A DNA stretch of 64,000 nucleotides from Raja brachyura. Taxonomy: Eukaryota. This document shows, piece after piece, positions 37,554-50,633 of this stretch. The position numbers and the translations under genes are program-made. A model generated the notes under the pieces. That model saw only the letters and a program-made list of their open reading frames with translations. It was not told the origin of the DNA and did no database searches. Positions within the stretch are counted from its first letter, which is position 1. Each line of letters opens with the position of its first letter. The stretch covers positions 29,202,001-29,266,000 of the forward strand of contig OY740800.1 of assembly GCA_963514005.1 (NCBI GenBank), written 5' to 3'.

Positions 37554-38059
37554 TGTAAATGACCCAGTCATTCTCACAACATGGTACAACATCTATATAA
37601 TTAAAAGTCTCATCTTGACCACATCCTGTCTGCGCTGTATATTGATTTTAGAAAAAACGCTATCCTGTATCGCTGTGATTTTTGGCCATCCTACACACAG
37701 TCTTCCTCCGCTGAGCCAGCCCCGAGATTTTTCCCATCGATGAGAAATCAAAAAAGTTTGGAGTGTTTAAAGAACTTGAGATCAGCTGATTGGTCCTCTC
37801 GCCTGTCGATCACTGTGATGAAGGTAACACCTCTTCCGGGGGGGGGGGGGGGGGGGCAGGACTATAAAACCCTGGATGCCTAGACGTGAGTCAGTCACTC
37901 TGCAAGATCGCGAGGGAAAGGCCACGACTGTCATTCTAAGCGGTGAATCAACTGAACTGTGAGTCTGCAAAGTACTTGCAATAAATGATTTGTTAGCCCT
38001 TAATGACAATGCCATGAGTTGTTTGGCCTGCTGCACTGCCTGTGCTTGAAACTGCAATG

Positions 38060-38190
38060 CTTTATTTGGTCTGACTGTGTCTGGAAGGAATAAATGCTTT
38101 ACTAGGTCTGACTGTGTTTGGAAGGAATAAATCCTTTAATAGGTCCGACTGTGTTCCGAAGGAATAAATGCTTTATTAGGTCCGACTGTA
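38060..38190 (+). repeat. 37-bp tandem repeat, about 3.5 units
   Basis: Unit approximately gctttantaggtc(t/c)gactgtgtnnngaaggaataaat. Confidence 0.85.
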
Positions 38191-38350
38191 TTTAGTCCAA
38201 AAGTACTGCTAATTTCGTGACTTCCGCTTAGTGGACAAGTCACGGTGATTGCGTAATTTCCGGTGAGTGCAGAGGTTGCGCTGATTGCGGAAGTGCCGCT
38301 GACTGCGGAAGCCCCATAGTGGATTCAAGAAAGTTTACTGTCATATATAT

Positions 38351-38500
38351 GGTGTGTGAGTGAGTGTGTGTGTGAGTGTGTATGTGTGTGTGTGAGTTTG
38401 TTTGTGTGTGTGTGGGTGCGTGTGTGAGTGTATTTGTGTGTGTGAGTCTGTGCATGTGTGTGTGAGTGTATGTGTGTGAGTGTATGTGTGGTTGAGTGTG
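38351..38500. repeat. Imperfect (TG)n microsatellite next to the assembly gap
   Basis: Read directly from the sequence. Confidence 0.95.
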
Positions 38501-38503
38501 AAT

Positions 38504-38646
38504 NNNNNNNNNNNNNNNNNNNNNNNNNNNNNNNNNNNNNNNNNNNNNNNNNNNNNNNNNNNNNNNNNNNNNNNNNNNNNNNNNNNNNNNNNNNNNNNNN
38601 NNNNNNNNNNNNNNNNNNNNNNNNNNNNNNNNNNNNNNNNNNNNNN
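38504..38646. other. Assembly gap (N run)
   Basis: 143 N. Confidence 0.98.
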
Positions 38647-39069
38647 TGACGTATAGATGGTTTACACAAAATCCCCATACCTAAGGGGTGGCTTACAGAC
38701 TTGTCTCGCGTGGGTGTGGTATAGATCCGCATCACCTCCCTTCACCGGGGACCCATGCGGGATGACGCCGGAGACCCGTGGGGTGGAGACGGCGAAGCCG
38801 GTGAGCTGGGCGCCGAATGTTAAGGTGAGGCCGTTGGGGCACAGTAAGTGGCTGCTCTGCAACAGCAGAGCGCAAGGGAGGAGACAGTCTAACAGTAAAG
38901 GGTACATCAGACGCATAGCCTCTGGATACCAGACTGCAGGATGTGGTTCCTTCACAGGAAGGAGATGTTGACGGTTGCGTCTGTAAAGGCCTCCGTCGGC
39001 GCTCACCAGGTAGGAGCGAGGCTTCTTGGCAGGGCTGTGAATGTGACCCAAACGGCCATAGCCCTTGTC

Positions 39070-39792
39070 GATAGGGGGCGCCGTCCTGTATGGTATGGCT
39101 GCCCAGCCTGCAGCTGTCTGTGTTTCACTCTTTTTTACATTTTTAGTGAGTTAAAGTATTTTGTTTGGAGTCTATTCTTTTTTATGTGGGGGTGGGGGGT
39201 GGGGAAGGGGGAAACTACATTTCCTGGTCCCTACCTGGTCGGAGAGGCAGCTTTTCTCCGGACTGCATCTTTGACCCGTCCTCGCGGCCTACCAGCGAGC
39301 CTGGAGCGGCGTTTCTTGAGGAGACCGCCCAGAACCTCGACTTAGGCAGCGGTGCAGCACTGGAGCCTATCGCAGGGCGGAGCAGGTGATGCCTTGCCTG
39401 GGTCGCCGCGTTGGAACTCCGGTGAGCTGAAACTGCCGACAAAAAAAACATTGCGGAGCCGCGGTTCTGTGGAGCGGCCGGCTGCGGGCGGCGGTGCTGA
39501 ATTCAACATCGGGAGCCAGTGGGGGAGCTCCATTCAGCGTTGCCTTGTTGGCTTCGGAAGCCGCGGACTCCAGTAAGGCGACTGCGGAGGCCTCAATAGG
39601 CCTGACTATGGGTGGACATGGGATGGGGACTGGACATTGTGCCTTCCCTCATAATGGGAACCATTGTGGGGGGATGTTTTTTGTGTTTAAAATCTCTCTA
39701 TTATTGTTGTCTGTATTCTTTTTTATGTGCTGCATTGGCAAAAAACATTTCACTACACCAATTGGTGTACGTGACCAATAAATACCTTTGTA
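39070..39792 (+). mobile_element. CpG-rich non-autonomous retroposon inserted in the Gypsy integrase
   Basis: TSD ccttgtc (39063-39069, 39793-39799); 3' end gtgaccaataaa with a short (taccttg)-type tail; no recognisable ORF. Confidence 0.7.
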
Positions 39793-42700
39793 CCTTGTCT
39801 GAAGGCGAACAACCTGCCCACTAGAGAGAGGTTAAAGTGGTCTGCTGGACTTGTCGAAAGATTGTTTCTGTGCATAGTGTTTCAGCTGGAGTTGTTTCTG
39901 GACAACAGGAGGTGAACGGACCTGTGGCTGCAGCAGCTGCTGGGGCACGGGCAGGGCAGCACGGGTTTGCTGAAACATCAGGCATTGGGCTGGAGACCCC
40001 AGTATCGGGTCGCGGGCGATGTTCCTTAAGTTGAGCAGGTCCAAGAATACATCAGATTTAGCAAGGTGTGAGTGCTCCATTAATTGTTTGGCGCTATAGA
40101 CTGCTTGTTCTGCGAGTCCGTTGCTCTGTGGAAACTCTAGCCTGCTGGTGACAGAGCGAAAATCCCATCATTGAGCAAAGTTTTTGAAGCACTGACTGGT
40201 GAACTGACTGCCGTTATCAGATAGGAGACGTGCAGGGGCGCCGTGCACGGAAAAGTGGAGTGATAACTTTTGGATGACTGCGTTGGATGTGATGGTTTAG
40301 AGTAGGTCAATTTTGAACCAGCCCGAATACGAGTCAACGAGAACCATATTGTTTTCCATGCCACTCGAATATGTCGGTAGTGACTGTGGACCATGGCAGA
40401 GGAGGAACAAGGTGTGAAGCAGGGGGTTGTTTCTGCTGGTGTGGCGTCAGGCTGTTGCAGACAGCGCAGGCTTCGACTTTTGCACGTATATATTTGGTCA
40501 TACATGTTCTGTGCTCGTTGTAGAGTTGTTTCCACACTGGGGTGGCCCCTGTGAACGGCATTAAAGTGCTTGTCCTGAAGAACAGCTGGGATGACTGCTT
40601 TGTGACCCTTGATTATGACCCTGTCCTGTAGCATCAGTTCGTCGCGAACCGGGTAGTATGGACGAATCACAAGTGGGGTACTTTGTTGTTTATCCGGCCA
40701 GCCACGCCAGATGACTGAAAACAGTAGTTGTAGAGTTTGATCTGCAGCCGTGTGCTCTGCCAGGCTGCTTAGGCATTCGATAGGTATGTATGACACCATC
40801 ATTATGGTGAACTGGTCTTGTTCTGAGGGTTGTTGTTCGCAGGTTTTGCTCTTAATAGTGTGTCAGCTATGTGCATGTCTTTGTCCTTTTGTAGACTATG
40901 GTGAAATCGAAACCTGCATCATCATCTGTTGTAGGTGAGCCGGAGCGGTGTGAATAGGTTTGTTCAGAATGGTGACCAGTGGCTGGTGGTCTGTTTCCAC
41001 AATCACAGACTTGCCAAAAATAAAGTCTTTGAATTCCGTGCAGGGAAACACCACAGCAAGCAATTCCTTTTCGATCTGGGCATAACATTGTTCAGTTTCA
41101 GACAGGGTGCGGGAGACATAAGCAACAGGTCTGCAGTCGCCTTTGGTGGAAGTCTGCAGGCAAGCAGCGCCAAGTCCATATTGGGATGCATCACATGTGA
41201 GCGTCACTGGCAACTTCAAAGCAAAGTAGGAGAGGGCTGAAGCATGTTGCCAGGATGTTGCCTGTTGCAACTTAAGGATTCCGAAAGCTCTCTGGTGCTG
41301 TGAGTCAGTTCCCGCGGGGGGCAGATCTATCGCTGAGGTTGGGAATGAATTTTCCCAGGTAGTTGACCATTCCTAGGAATCTCTGTAAACGTGTAATGGC
41401 AGTGGGAACTGGCATCTCGTTGATGGCAGTGGTCATGCAGGGGTTTGGTCTGAGGCCATCATTGGTGAAAATGTGACCGACATAGTTGACTTCTGTGACA
41501 CAAAATCTGCATTTTAGAGGGTTGAGCTTGAGATGGATGTCTCTAGCACGGTCCAGTACTTTTTTTAGATTGGCATCATGTTCAGCCGTGTTGCATCCGG
41601 CAATGAGAATATCATCAACAATTATGGCGCACGGGGACCCCGCAAATAATTGTTCTATTGTGCGTTGGAAAACGTGGCTAGCTGAGTTGATGCCAAAGGG
41701 CATCCGCAGGAATTTATAGTGGCCAAAAGGGGTTGCGAATGTGTTGAGATTGGATGAGTCGGGGTCCAGCGGGATCTGCCAAAACGAACATTTGGCATCC
41801 AGAACAGAGAGCAGGGATGCACTGCCTATCTTAGCAGCAACTTCCTCCACTTCCTCCACTGTGCGCATCGGGTAGTGTGGGTGTTTGATCGCTGTGTTTA
41901 GGTTGCTGGGGTTGATGCAGATTCAGATTTCTTCCTTGTTTTTCTTTGTTGCAACCACCATGGTGGAAACCCAGTCAGATGGGTCAGTGACCTCGAGGGA
42001 CACCATCCGCTGGAGCTCATTGTATAATCTGTCGTGCATAGCATGTGGGATGCGGTGTGGTGCTCAGACCACAGGTAGGACATTTGGATCAGTGGCAATG
42101 CTGTACTTGATGGGCAGCTTTCCAAGCTTGTCGTCAAATAGTTATTTGTATTCTGAAAGTATCTGCTGAGTGGAGCCCTCAGTGGGAGAAAAGTGACAGC
42201 AGGCCCAAAGGTGACCAGTCCTAGATCCTGGCATGCGTCAATGCCAAGCAGAGTTGCAGAATCCCCACGGACAATGAAAAACTTCAGTTTGTGAGCTTGT
42301 GACTCCAGGCGGCTATTCAGTTCAGTTTCTCCAAGTGGGAGCAGTTCCCCTCCCCCATAGCCTCATAAAGTGTTTGCAATACGTTCGGCATTACAAATTT
42401 GTTTAAATTCAAATAAAGACATGACATTACATTTAGCACCAGTGTCAATCTTTGTAACTGCAATGTTGCTGTTAACGAACAGAGAGACTTCAGGGTCAAG
42501 TTGCTTGTTAGTGGAAGCAAACAGCGCATTGATGTCTGGACTGTTACCTTGGTACTCAGGGACGAGAGCAGGGGATGACGCTTCCAGCTCATGGAATTCG
42601 TTATCAGTAGGTTCATGTTTTAACATGTGTACAGTTTGTCTTGAGAACAAATGAGCCATGCGAGAATGACAGCATCTCATGAAGTGGTTAATCTTCTTAC

Positions 42701-44914
42701 AATAGTGGCAAATTTTACCGTAAGCAGCGCAGAATTCGCGACCTGGAGCATGGGAGCCGTCACAGTTAGAGCACCATTCGATAGATCTCTGAGGCTGCCG
42801 GGGATGTGTTTGGGGTTGTGAACACCGGTTACGATAGGGGGTGTCGGAAGCATTGACATTGTACGAGGATCGTGGCCTTGAGCCAAAAGACTTTGTGTGA
42901 GAAACAGTTAGTTCAGCAATTCTGCGAGCATGTTCAGCTCGGGCCAAGGTCAATTCAGTATCGCAAAGCAATTTGTCTCGTACCTTATCACTAAGCAGGC
43001 CTCCTACCAGTTTGTCACAGATGAGATCTTCACACAGATCTCCGAAATGGCAGCGTATAGCCATGTGTTTTAAATTACTGATGAAGTTTTCAACAGGTTC
43101 TCCTTGCTGCTGGTAGCGAGCAAAAAAGTTAGTACTTTCAATTATGGAGTTGGCACGAAGGTCGCATAGCGGTCTGAACTTAGTGAGCAGGACTGCAGGG
43201 TCGTCAATAGTTTCAGCAGGCAACACAACCTGGTTGTTGTGATCCAGAACTGCAGCCGTGTAGTCAAAACCCTCAGCACGCTTCACTGCTTCAGGACCAG
43301 CGACATTGATGCACGCACATCTGGTGCAGCGTTGCGATGAGCAGTGCGAATGTAATGGTTGTAGTCGCACTCAAAGATGCGCCAGCTTTCAGCAATGTCC
43401 GAGTTCAAGACCAGAGGGTCTGGAAGGCAAAGCGAGCTAGCCATGGCAGCGATAGTGAATATGCAAAACAAGTGAACAAAATTAAAAACGATACAATTAA
43501 ACACAGAGTGGGTTCACAGCCACTTCTTGACACCATGTAAATGACCCAGTCATTCTCACAACATGGTACAACATAGTTTTATTAAAGATAACTTACAGTA
43601 CACTTCATGTTGTTACAGCTGTGTAGCGACGATTAGACTGGTAGCACAAGCTGGGTTACGATAATATAAACAGTGTTTTAGGCAGAGCTTCTACAATTGG
43701 TTAGTGTGGAGTAACCAATCTACAGTTCTCTGAACAATCCGACTGTTCCCCTGATTAAATTTTATCTCTGTATGCTTCGTTATCACATTCTCCGAGCTAA
43801 CAATCATATATTGTACATTTTGCTTGAACTGCATCCCCTTTGATGTCTCGTTTTCACACCTTCGTTATCTCTGTCTCCCTCTCCCTGGACTCTGAAGAAG
43901 GCTCTTGACCCAAAACGTCATTCATTCCTTCTATCCAATGATGCTGCCTGTCCCATCAGTTACTCCAGCATTTTATGTCTATCCTCGGTGTAAACCAGCA
44001 TCTGCAGTTCCTTCCTACACATTCTTCCTGCAGGAAGCAATTCGCCGGTTCTTCCGTTCAGCCACAGGGATAGGTTCGACGGAGTCCCCCCGGAAGTGCA
44101 ATCTGCTGGATCTTGAGTTCGGCCACGCAAGGGCCACAGCCACCTGGGAGCTTCAGCTGCACGCGGCCTCCTAGGAGCTTCTTGCTTACAGGGTTTCTGG
44201 CACTGTGAGGCAGCAATTTTATTGCTACTGTGCCACCATGCCATTGGCATCTTTGATTCTTTGAGATAATATTTTGTAAATTCTCAATCTCTCTTCCTTT
44301 GGATAGTGCACATTAACTAAATACCACGTTTATACAGCATCCATACACACACACAAACATACACACATGCTCACAGACAAGCTAACACATATAGACATAC
44401 AATACACACGTGCTCACAGACAAACATATACATTCTCACAGACAAGTTAATGCACATGTGATCTCTCTTTCACACATAACTCTGGTGTACACGACTGTCA
44501 CCGTACAATGTGCAGCAGTTGCCTCTCAGTCCCGGCGATGTGGTTTTGTTCCTGACCTCGGGTTCAATGGTTCAATGGTGCTTTTATTGTCACATGTGCG
44601 AAGTGCAAACGCACAATGAAATTATTTTCTTGCAAACAGTCCTGTAGAATATTGTCATTCCTAAGCACATCCCCGATTAGCAAATTGTACAGAAATAGTC
44701 TATTGATCCTGCATGCAAGAGTGTTTTGGCGCCATTTTCAAAGTTCAGTCCACCCTCTAGGTATTATGAGCGCGCCCGTTCCAGGCAAGCACCAGGCTGC
44801 TGCGGGCTTCCAGCCATCGCCTTGCAGCCATCCACTGCAGAGGTTTCTTCCGGGTATTCCAGTTAGCTCCCACATTCCAAAGATTTCTGGGCTGATGAAT
44901 TAATTGGCCATTGT

Positions 44915-45725
44915 GTCGGTGGGGTTGCTACGGGACGGCTGCCCTGTCAGCAGCGTGGTAGTCATTTCTACTTTTTTGGGGGTTTTTAGAATGTCTAAAT
45001 GTGTGTTTTAATGTCTCTCGGTGTGTCTTGTGTGGGGGAGTAAGGGGGAAACTGCTTTCCATGTCGCCTCCCTCGCAGCCTAACACCAACGATTGGTGCG
45101 GCCTTTCCTGGAGTCGGGCCCGGAGCTTCAGCAGCGGGCGCAGCGGGGACTTTTTCCGATCGCTGGCCCCACGGACTGTTCAGTCTGAAGCCACGAACTG
45201 CGGTGCTCCTAGCCGTGGGCGCGGTATCCCTCGTTTGGGACCCCTGGAGAAGAAGAGCTCTGATCCGCCGGCCAGTGGCCTACAACACCTTGAAGCCACG
45301 GACTGCAGTGCTTCTAGCCACGGGTGCGGCGGGGACTGACTTATTTACCATCTGGAGCGGGATTCCTCGCCGGGAGTCCCTGGAGAAGAGCTGCGGCCTG
45401 CGGTCTACGTCATCTTCAAGCCGCGGTCTCCGGTAGGGAAGCCTCGATTCGGGACTTACCTTCCAGACGAGAGGGCCTGTCATCTGGCCGCCCGGAGCGG
45501 CGACTGCGGAGATTATGGTCCCAACCATGGGGGAAAATGGAGGAGGACTGACTATAATTTGAGCCTTCCACCACAGTGAAGAATACCTGAGGTGGATGTT
45601 TGTGTTAAATTTTTATTGAGTATTGGGTTTTCTTTTTGATTGTACCGCTGCTGGCAAGTTCAATTCACAGCACCTTATTGTGTATGTGATGAATAAATCT
45701 GATTGATTAACTGATTGATTGATTG
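44915..45725 (+). mobile_element. CpG-rich non-autonomous retroposon related to 39070-39792, inserted in a V-SINE
   Basis: Same layout (ggctgccc..gcagc head, gggggaaact, GC-rich core, gtatgtga..aataaa) with a (tgat)n tail; possible TSD attgt. Confidence 0.6.
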
Positions 45726-45843
45726 ATTGTACATGGCCCCTGGTGTTGGTGGGTGGTAGAGGAACTGAAGGGCATGTGTGAGAATAGGTTGAAGTGAAAT
45801 AAGTCAGGAAAAGAAACTGGCGTGAATTTTGTGATCCAGCATA

Positions 45844-46042
45844 CAGTGCAATCAGAAAGTATTCAGACCCCTTTACTTTTTCCACATTTTGTTACATTAC
45901 AGCCTTATTTTAAAATTGATTGAATTATTTTGTTTTATCATCAATCTACACACAATACCCCAGAATGAAGAAGCGAAAACAGATGTTTAGAATTTTTTTC
46001 AATGTAATTAAAAAGAAATAACTGAAATATCACATTTACATA
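45844..46042 (+). mobile_element. Solo Tc1 TIR (same family as 30374)
   Basis: TA|cagtgcaatcagaaagtattcagacccc... about 200 bp, matching 30374-30570. Confidence 0.88.
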
Positions 46043-46240
46043 ATGAAGGCCCTATCGCTGCCCAGGCTTCACCGCCGCCGCTTCACCGCTGCCGAAGCCC
46101 CACTGCCGTCGAAGCTCCATTCGGCCCAGGCAGGCTTCACCGCCCGGCTTTTCTGCCGCCTCCTGGCGAGTCAGGCCTGCCCTAGAAAAGTTGGATGAAT
46201 ATTTTGACTGGGAGACTTCCCCATTAAGCTGCAGCAATGC

Positions 46241-46241
<1 letters not shown>

Positions 46242-46274
<33 letters not shown>
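46242..46274. repeat. (GA)n microsatellite
   Basis: Read directly from the sequence. Confidence 0.95.
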
Positions 46275-46277
<3 letters not shown>

Positions 46278-47150
46278 AAGCAGGAATCGGCATGCAGCTT
46301 GCAGCAATTCACCTTTCTCTTCCATCACCTCAACTCTGGATTTGACCCGCTTCTCTGCATGGAGTCGGTGTCCTTCCCCTCCACCAGTGGCCAATGGGTC
46401 AGGTAAGAGCTGCTGTGGAGGCACAGGGGGACATCACTCGACAACGTATCCTCCCGGTGTCTGAGGGTGACCCAGGAGGAGCTCTGGTTTCAGGCATCAG
46501 GAAGAGACAGGTATATTACAGGAGCATTTAAGTGCGATATCAGCAGCTGTACAGAAGATGGCACAGTGGGGCATCTCGTAGAGCTGCTGCCTCACAGCAC
46601 CAACAACGCAGGTTCAACTCTTACTTTGGCAATGTCAGTGGAGGTTTCACGTTCTCTCTGTGAATATGTAGGTTGCTTCTGTTTCCTCCCCGCGAGCGAA
46701 TAGCCACTGTACATTGCCCTGAGTGGGCAGTTGAGTGGTATAATCATGGGGGAGAATAAAATGGGATTATTGAGGGATTAGTATAATTGGTTGGTTGATG
46801 GTTATTGCAGATTTAGTCGACTGAAGAACCTGTTTCTGCATTGTGTCTCCCTAATGACTTTAATGGAAGCCAGCCATGAGTAGATTACCGTCAAGAGTGT
46901 TTAAATGCCATATGCACTGGGATCAGAATAATGACATTCTTAGTTGCTGCATATTTACAGGGCGCATTAGCACGCTATAGCAAATAAATATGCAATAAAT
47001 AATAGTACGATAAATTACCAGTTATACCAGGTGAACCAGATCATCTCAGTACAAGTTGGAGCATGTAGTGCAACATATACAAAATCCATAGACTAGACTT
47101 TAGAGATACAGCTTGGAAACAGGCCCTTTGGCCCACTGAGTCTGCGCCAT

Positions 47151-47790
47151 TAGACAATAGACAATAGGTGCAGAAGTAGGCCAATCGGCCCTTCGAGCCA
47201 GCACCGTCATTCACTGTGATCATGGTTGATCATCCACAATCAGTACCCCTTCCCTGTCTTCTCCCGATATACCTTGACTCCGCTTTAAGAGCTCTATCTA
47301 ACTCTCTCTTGAAAGCATCCAGAGTATTGGCCTCCACTGCCTTCTGAGGCAGAGAATTCCCCAGATTCAGAACTCTTTGGGTGAAAAGGTTTTTCCTCAT
47401 TTCTGTTCTAAATGGCCTACTCCTTATTCTTAAACTGTGGCTTCTGGTTCTGGACTCCCCCAACATTGGGAACATGTTTCCTGCCTCTAGCGTGTCCAAT
47501 CCCTTAATAATCTTGTACGTTTCAATAAGATCCCCTCTCATCCTTCTACATTCTAATATGTACCAACCCAGTCGCTCCATTCTTTCAACATATGACAGTC
47601 CCGCTATCCCGGGAATTAACCTCGTGAACATACGCTGCACTCCCTCAATAGCAAGAATGTCCTTCCTCAAATTTGGAGACCAAAACTGCACACAATACTG
47701 CAGGTGTGGTCTCACTAGGGCCCTGTACAACTGTAAAAGGACCTATTTGCTCCTATACTCAACTCCTCTTGTTATAAAGGCCAACATGCC
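47151..47790 (-). mobile_element. CR1 LINE 3' fragment nested in a V-SINE
   Basis: ORF 47230-47730: YRALVRPHLQYCVQFWSP...FTQRVLNLGNSLPQK. SINE halves at ~47095-47150 and ~47790-48030. Confidence 0.9.
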
Positions 47791-50633
47791 GAGCACTGTA
47801 CACGAGCACTACACTACACACGAGGCAAAATTTACAATTTTACCAAAGCCAATTAACCTACAAACCTGTACATCTTTGGAGCGTGGGAGGAAACTGGAGC
47901 ACCCGGAGAAACAGCACGTGATCCCAGGGAGTACTTGCAAACTCCTTACAGACAGCGCCCGTAGTCAGAATCGGAACTGGATCTCTGGCATTGTAAGGTA
48001 GCAACTCCGCTGCTGCACCACTGGGCCGCCCTAATATTTGTTATCCATAGTATTTGGTGCTGAGTTAGGGTTGCTGTTAGTATTGTCCTGTGTGATGCAA
48101 AAGCCTGTTGACGGCAAGAAGCTGATCTTGAACCTGGAGGTAACGGTTCTCAAGCTCCTGTACTTTCTTCCCAACGGTAGCAGTGAGCTGAGAGTGGATT
48201 ATGTTGTTGTGGGTCTTTGATGATTAGCTGCCTTCTTGAGGCAGCACTTCATGTAGATCACTTCGAAGGTGGGGAGATCTGTACCCGTGATGGACCGGGC
48301 ATGGATGGATTGATACCACTGTGAGCTGCTCTGCAGGAGTAGGGAGATTACACGTCAGCAGATTAATTTTCAATGTGAGCAGAGACACCGGCCCACATGT
48401 TGCCCTCTCAAGGGAGTAGGGAGATGTCAGCTGTGAACTTGTTCCCATTGGCAGAGAAATGTCCGCAGTTTCATATCTCTCTCAATTGTGAGGGCAGATA
48501 GTTCAAATTGACTCCAGGGAGAGGAATGGACGAGGCCGTGCCCGTCGGAGCCTGTCGGCTGTTCAGCCTGGAGGTTGGTATTGATTGTTGTGCCGTCTGA
48601 GTTGTACCATCAGCTACCAAAACCCATCCGCAGTGTGGGCATGAGGATATATCACTGAGCTTTGAAAGAAAAAGAACATGAGATGAGGTGTTTGTTTTCA
48701 GAGTCATAGGATTGTACAGCATGATAGCATTTCTTTAGCCCAACCTGTGCATGCTGACCCAATTGCCCATTTGAGCTAGTCCCACTCACTGGCACTAACC
48801 CCATATCCCTACAAATGTTTGCTCACCACGTACCTGTCCAAGTGTCTATTAAATATCACAATTACACCTGCCTTTACAACTTCCTCTGGCACCTACTTTT
48901 ATGCACCTCCCATCGTCTGTGTGAAAAATTACCCCTCAGGTTGCCTTTCAATTTTTCGCTCTCACCTTTCCAATGTCTTGTACCACTGTAACATGATGTC
49001 CCAACTCTTGTACTCAACAGTTATTTATGTGGAGATACAGTAGACTGCAGATGCGGAATGAGCTAAAAGCAAGATTGGAGGATGTTGTGAACTTATAGAT
49101 GTGTATCAGGAGGATGAGAGGCTGTATAAAATCATGAGAGGAATAGATCTGGTCGATGTACAGAGTATCTTGCCCAGGGTAGGTGAATCAAGGACCAAAG
49201 AACATAGGTTTAGGTGAAGGGAAAAAGATTTAATAGGAATCTGAGGGGTAACTTTTTCACACAATGGAACAAGCTGTCAGAAGAGGTAGTTGAGGCTAGG
49301 ACTATCCCAACGCTTAAGAAACAGTTGGACAGGTACATGGGTAGGACAGGTTTGGAGGGATATGGATGAAATGCAGACAGGTGGGACTGGTGTAGCTGTG
49401 ACATGTTGGCTGGTGTGGGCAAGTTGGGCCGAAGGGTCTGTTTCCACACGGTATCACTCTGTGACTCTATGACCTTAAACCTATGTTCTCTGGCTTTAGA
49501 CTCCCCTGCCCTGGTGAAATAATGTGGCTGTTCAACATATCCATGCACCTCATGAGTTTATAAACCTTTATTTGGTCACACCTCAGCCTTCTACACTTTG
49601 GGAAAATAAGACCCAGCCTATCCAGATTTTCTCTCCTTACAACTAAACCCCTCCCATCCTCGTAAATCTCTTCTGGCACCCATTCCAGATTAATGACATT
49701 CTTCCTCTGGTAGGGTGATCAGAATTGTACACAGTATTCCAAAAGTAGCATTTCCAATGTCTTGTACAGCAGTAACATGATGTCCCAACTCTTGTACTCA
49801 ACAATCATTTATAAATGGATTGTTGAGTACACAAGAGACTGCAGATGCAGGAATCTTAACGAAAAAAAGGTTTGTAGGAACTCAGTGGGTCAGGAAGCTT
49901 CTGTGGAGGGAAATGGACAGCCGGCACTTTGGGTCGAGACCCTTTGTCAGACTGATGGAATAGCGGGGAGAAAGTTAGAAAAGAGCAGTGTGGGCAGGAC
50001 AAAGCCTGGCAATTAATAGGTGAACAGATGGGTGTAGCAGCGTTAAAGGCTAGAGGTGCAAATAAGACAAAATGTGTCAGGTAAGGAAAGAAAAGGAGTA
50101 AATGCAAAGCCAGAGGTAGGGATGACTTGTAAATATTGTTCATGAAATAGCATCACCAACAAGGGAGGAGTGTGTTCAGACTTGTGGCTGGAAGGGTGTT
50201 ATGCTGTGTCTATGCAAAAAAAACTGCTGTTATTACATGATTTGACAATATACTTCCAGACCAGAGCATTTTTATTTCCAAATCAGAGCTGTGTTATTCA
50301 AATCAAGTCACGATGAGTCAGGTTTGTCAGGTGCACAAATATGGTGTGATAAAGGAACAATGAAAATCTAGCTTGCAGCAACATCACAGGCACACACAAA
50401 ATCAGTTTATCAGACTCTATCCTGCACTAAATATTTTACCCTTTATCCTTTACCAGTGCTTTGTGGACGGTTTGATTTTAATCATCTTTGACTGGATAGC
50501 ACACAAACAAACGTTTTTCACTGTATCTCAGTACCCGTGATAATAATAAACTAAACTAAATTAATTACACATAAATCACAGATAAATCTTTAAGGCAGTG
50601 AAAAGTGAGTATTTTAAAAATATATACATTAGT

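Larger units (their letters stand above)
37592..38503 (+). mobile_element. Putative non-autonomous Helitron inserted in the Gypsy 3' LTR; 3' end lost in the gap
   Basis: LTR homology stops at acaaca| and the insert starts TCTATATAATTAAAAG. The intact LTR reads acaaca|tagttt, an A|T target. Contains 37-bp tandem repeats and a (TG)n tract. Confidence 0.6.
37554..43724 (-). mobile_element. Ty3/Gypsy LTR retrotransposon, frameshifted gag-pol
   Basis: TG...CA LTR at 43536-43724, with its first ~38 bp repeated at 37554; 5-bp TSD gttct (37549-37553, 43725-43729). PBS tggtgtcaagaagtgg (tRNA-Leu-like). Gag CCHC knuckles, protease IDTGA, RT (FLRMPFGI, IVDDILI), RNase H (CDASQYGLGA), integrase HHCC; order PR-RT-RH-IN. 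Confidence 0.95.

Noticed and set aside
38060-38190. 37-bp repeats resembling a CRISPR array
   Set aside because: Units are directly adjacent with no unique spacers, there are no cas genes, and the context is a eukaryotic transposon.
47381-48001. 206-aa plus-strand ORF and similar long ORFs over repeats
   Set aside because: Antisense frame of a CR1 joined to a SINE; no independent coding evidence.
48490-48575. Possible exon MDEAVPVGACRLFSLE ending at gag|gttggt
   Set aside because: Too short, weak splice sites, and no protein family recognised with confidence.
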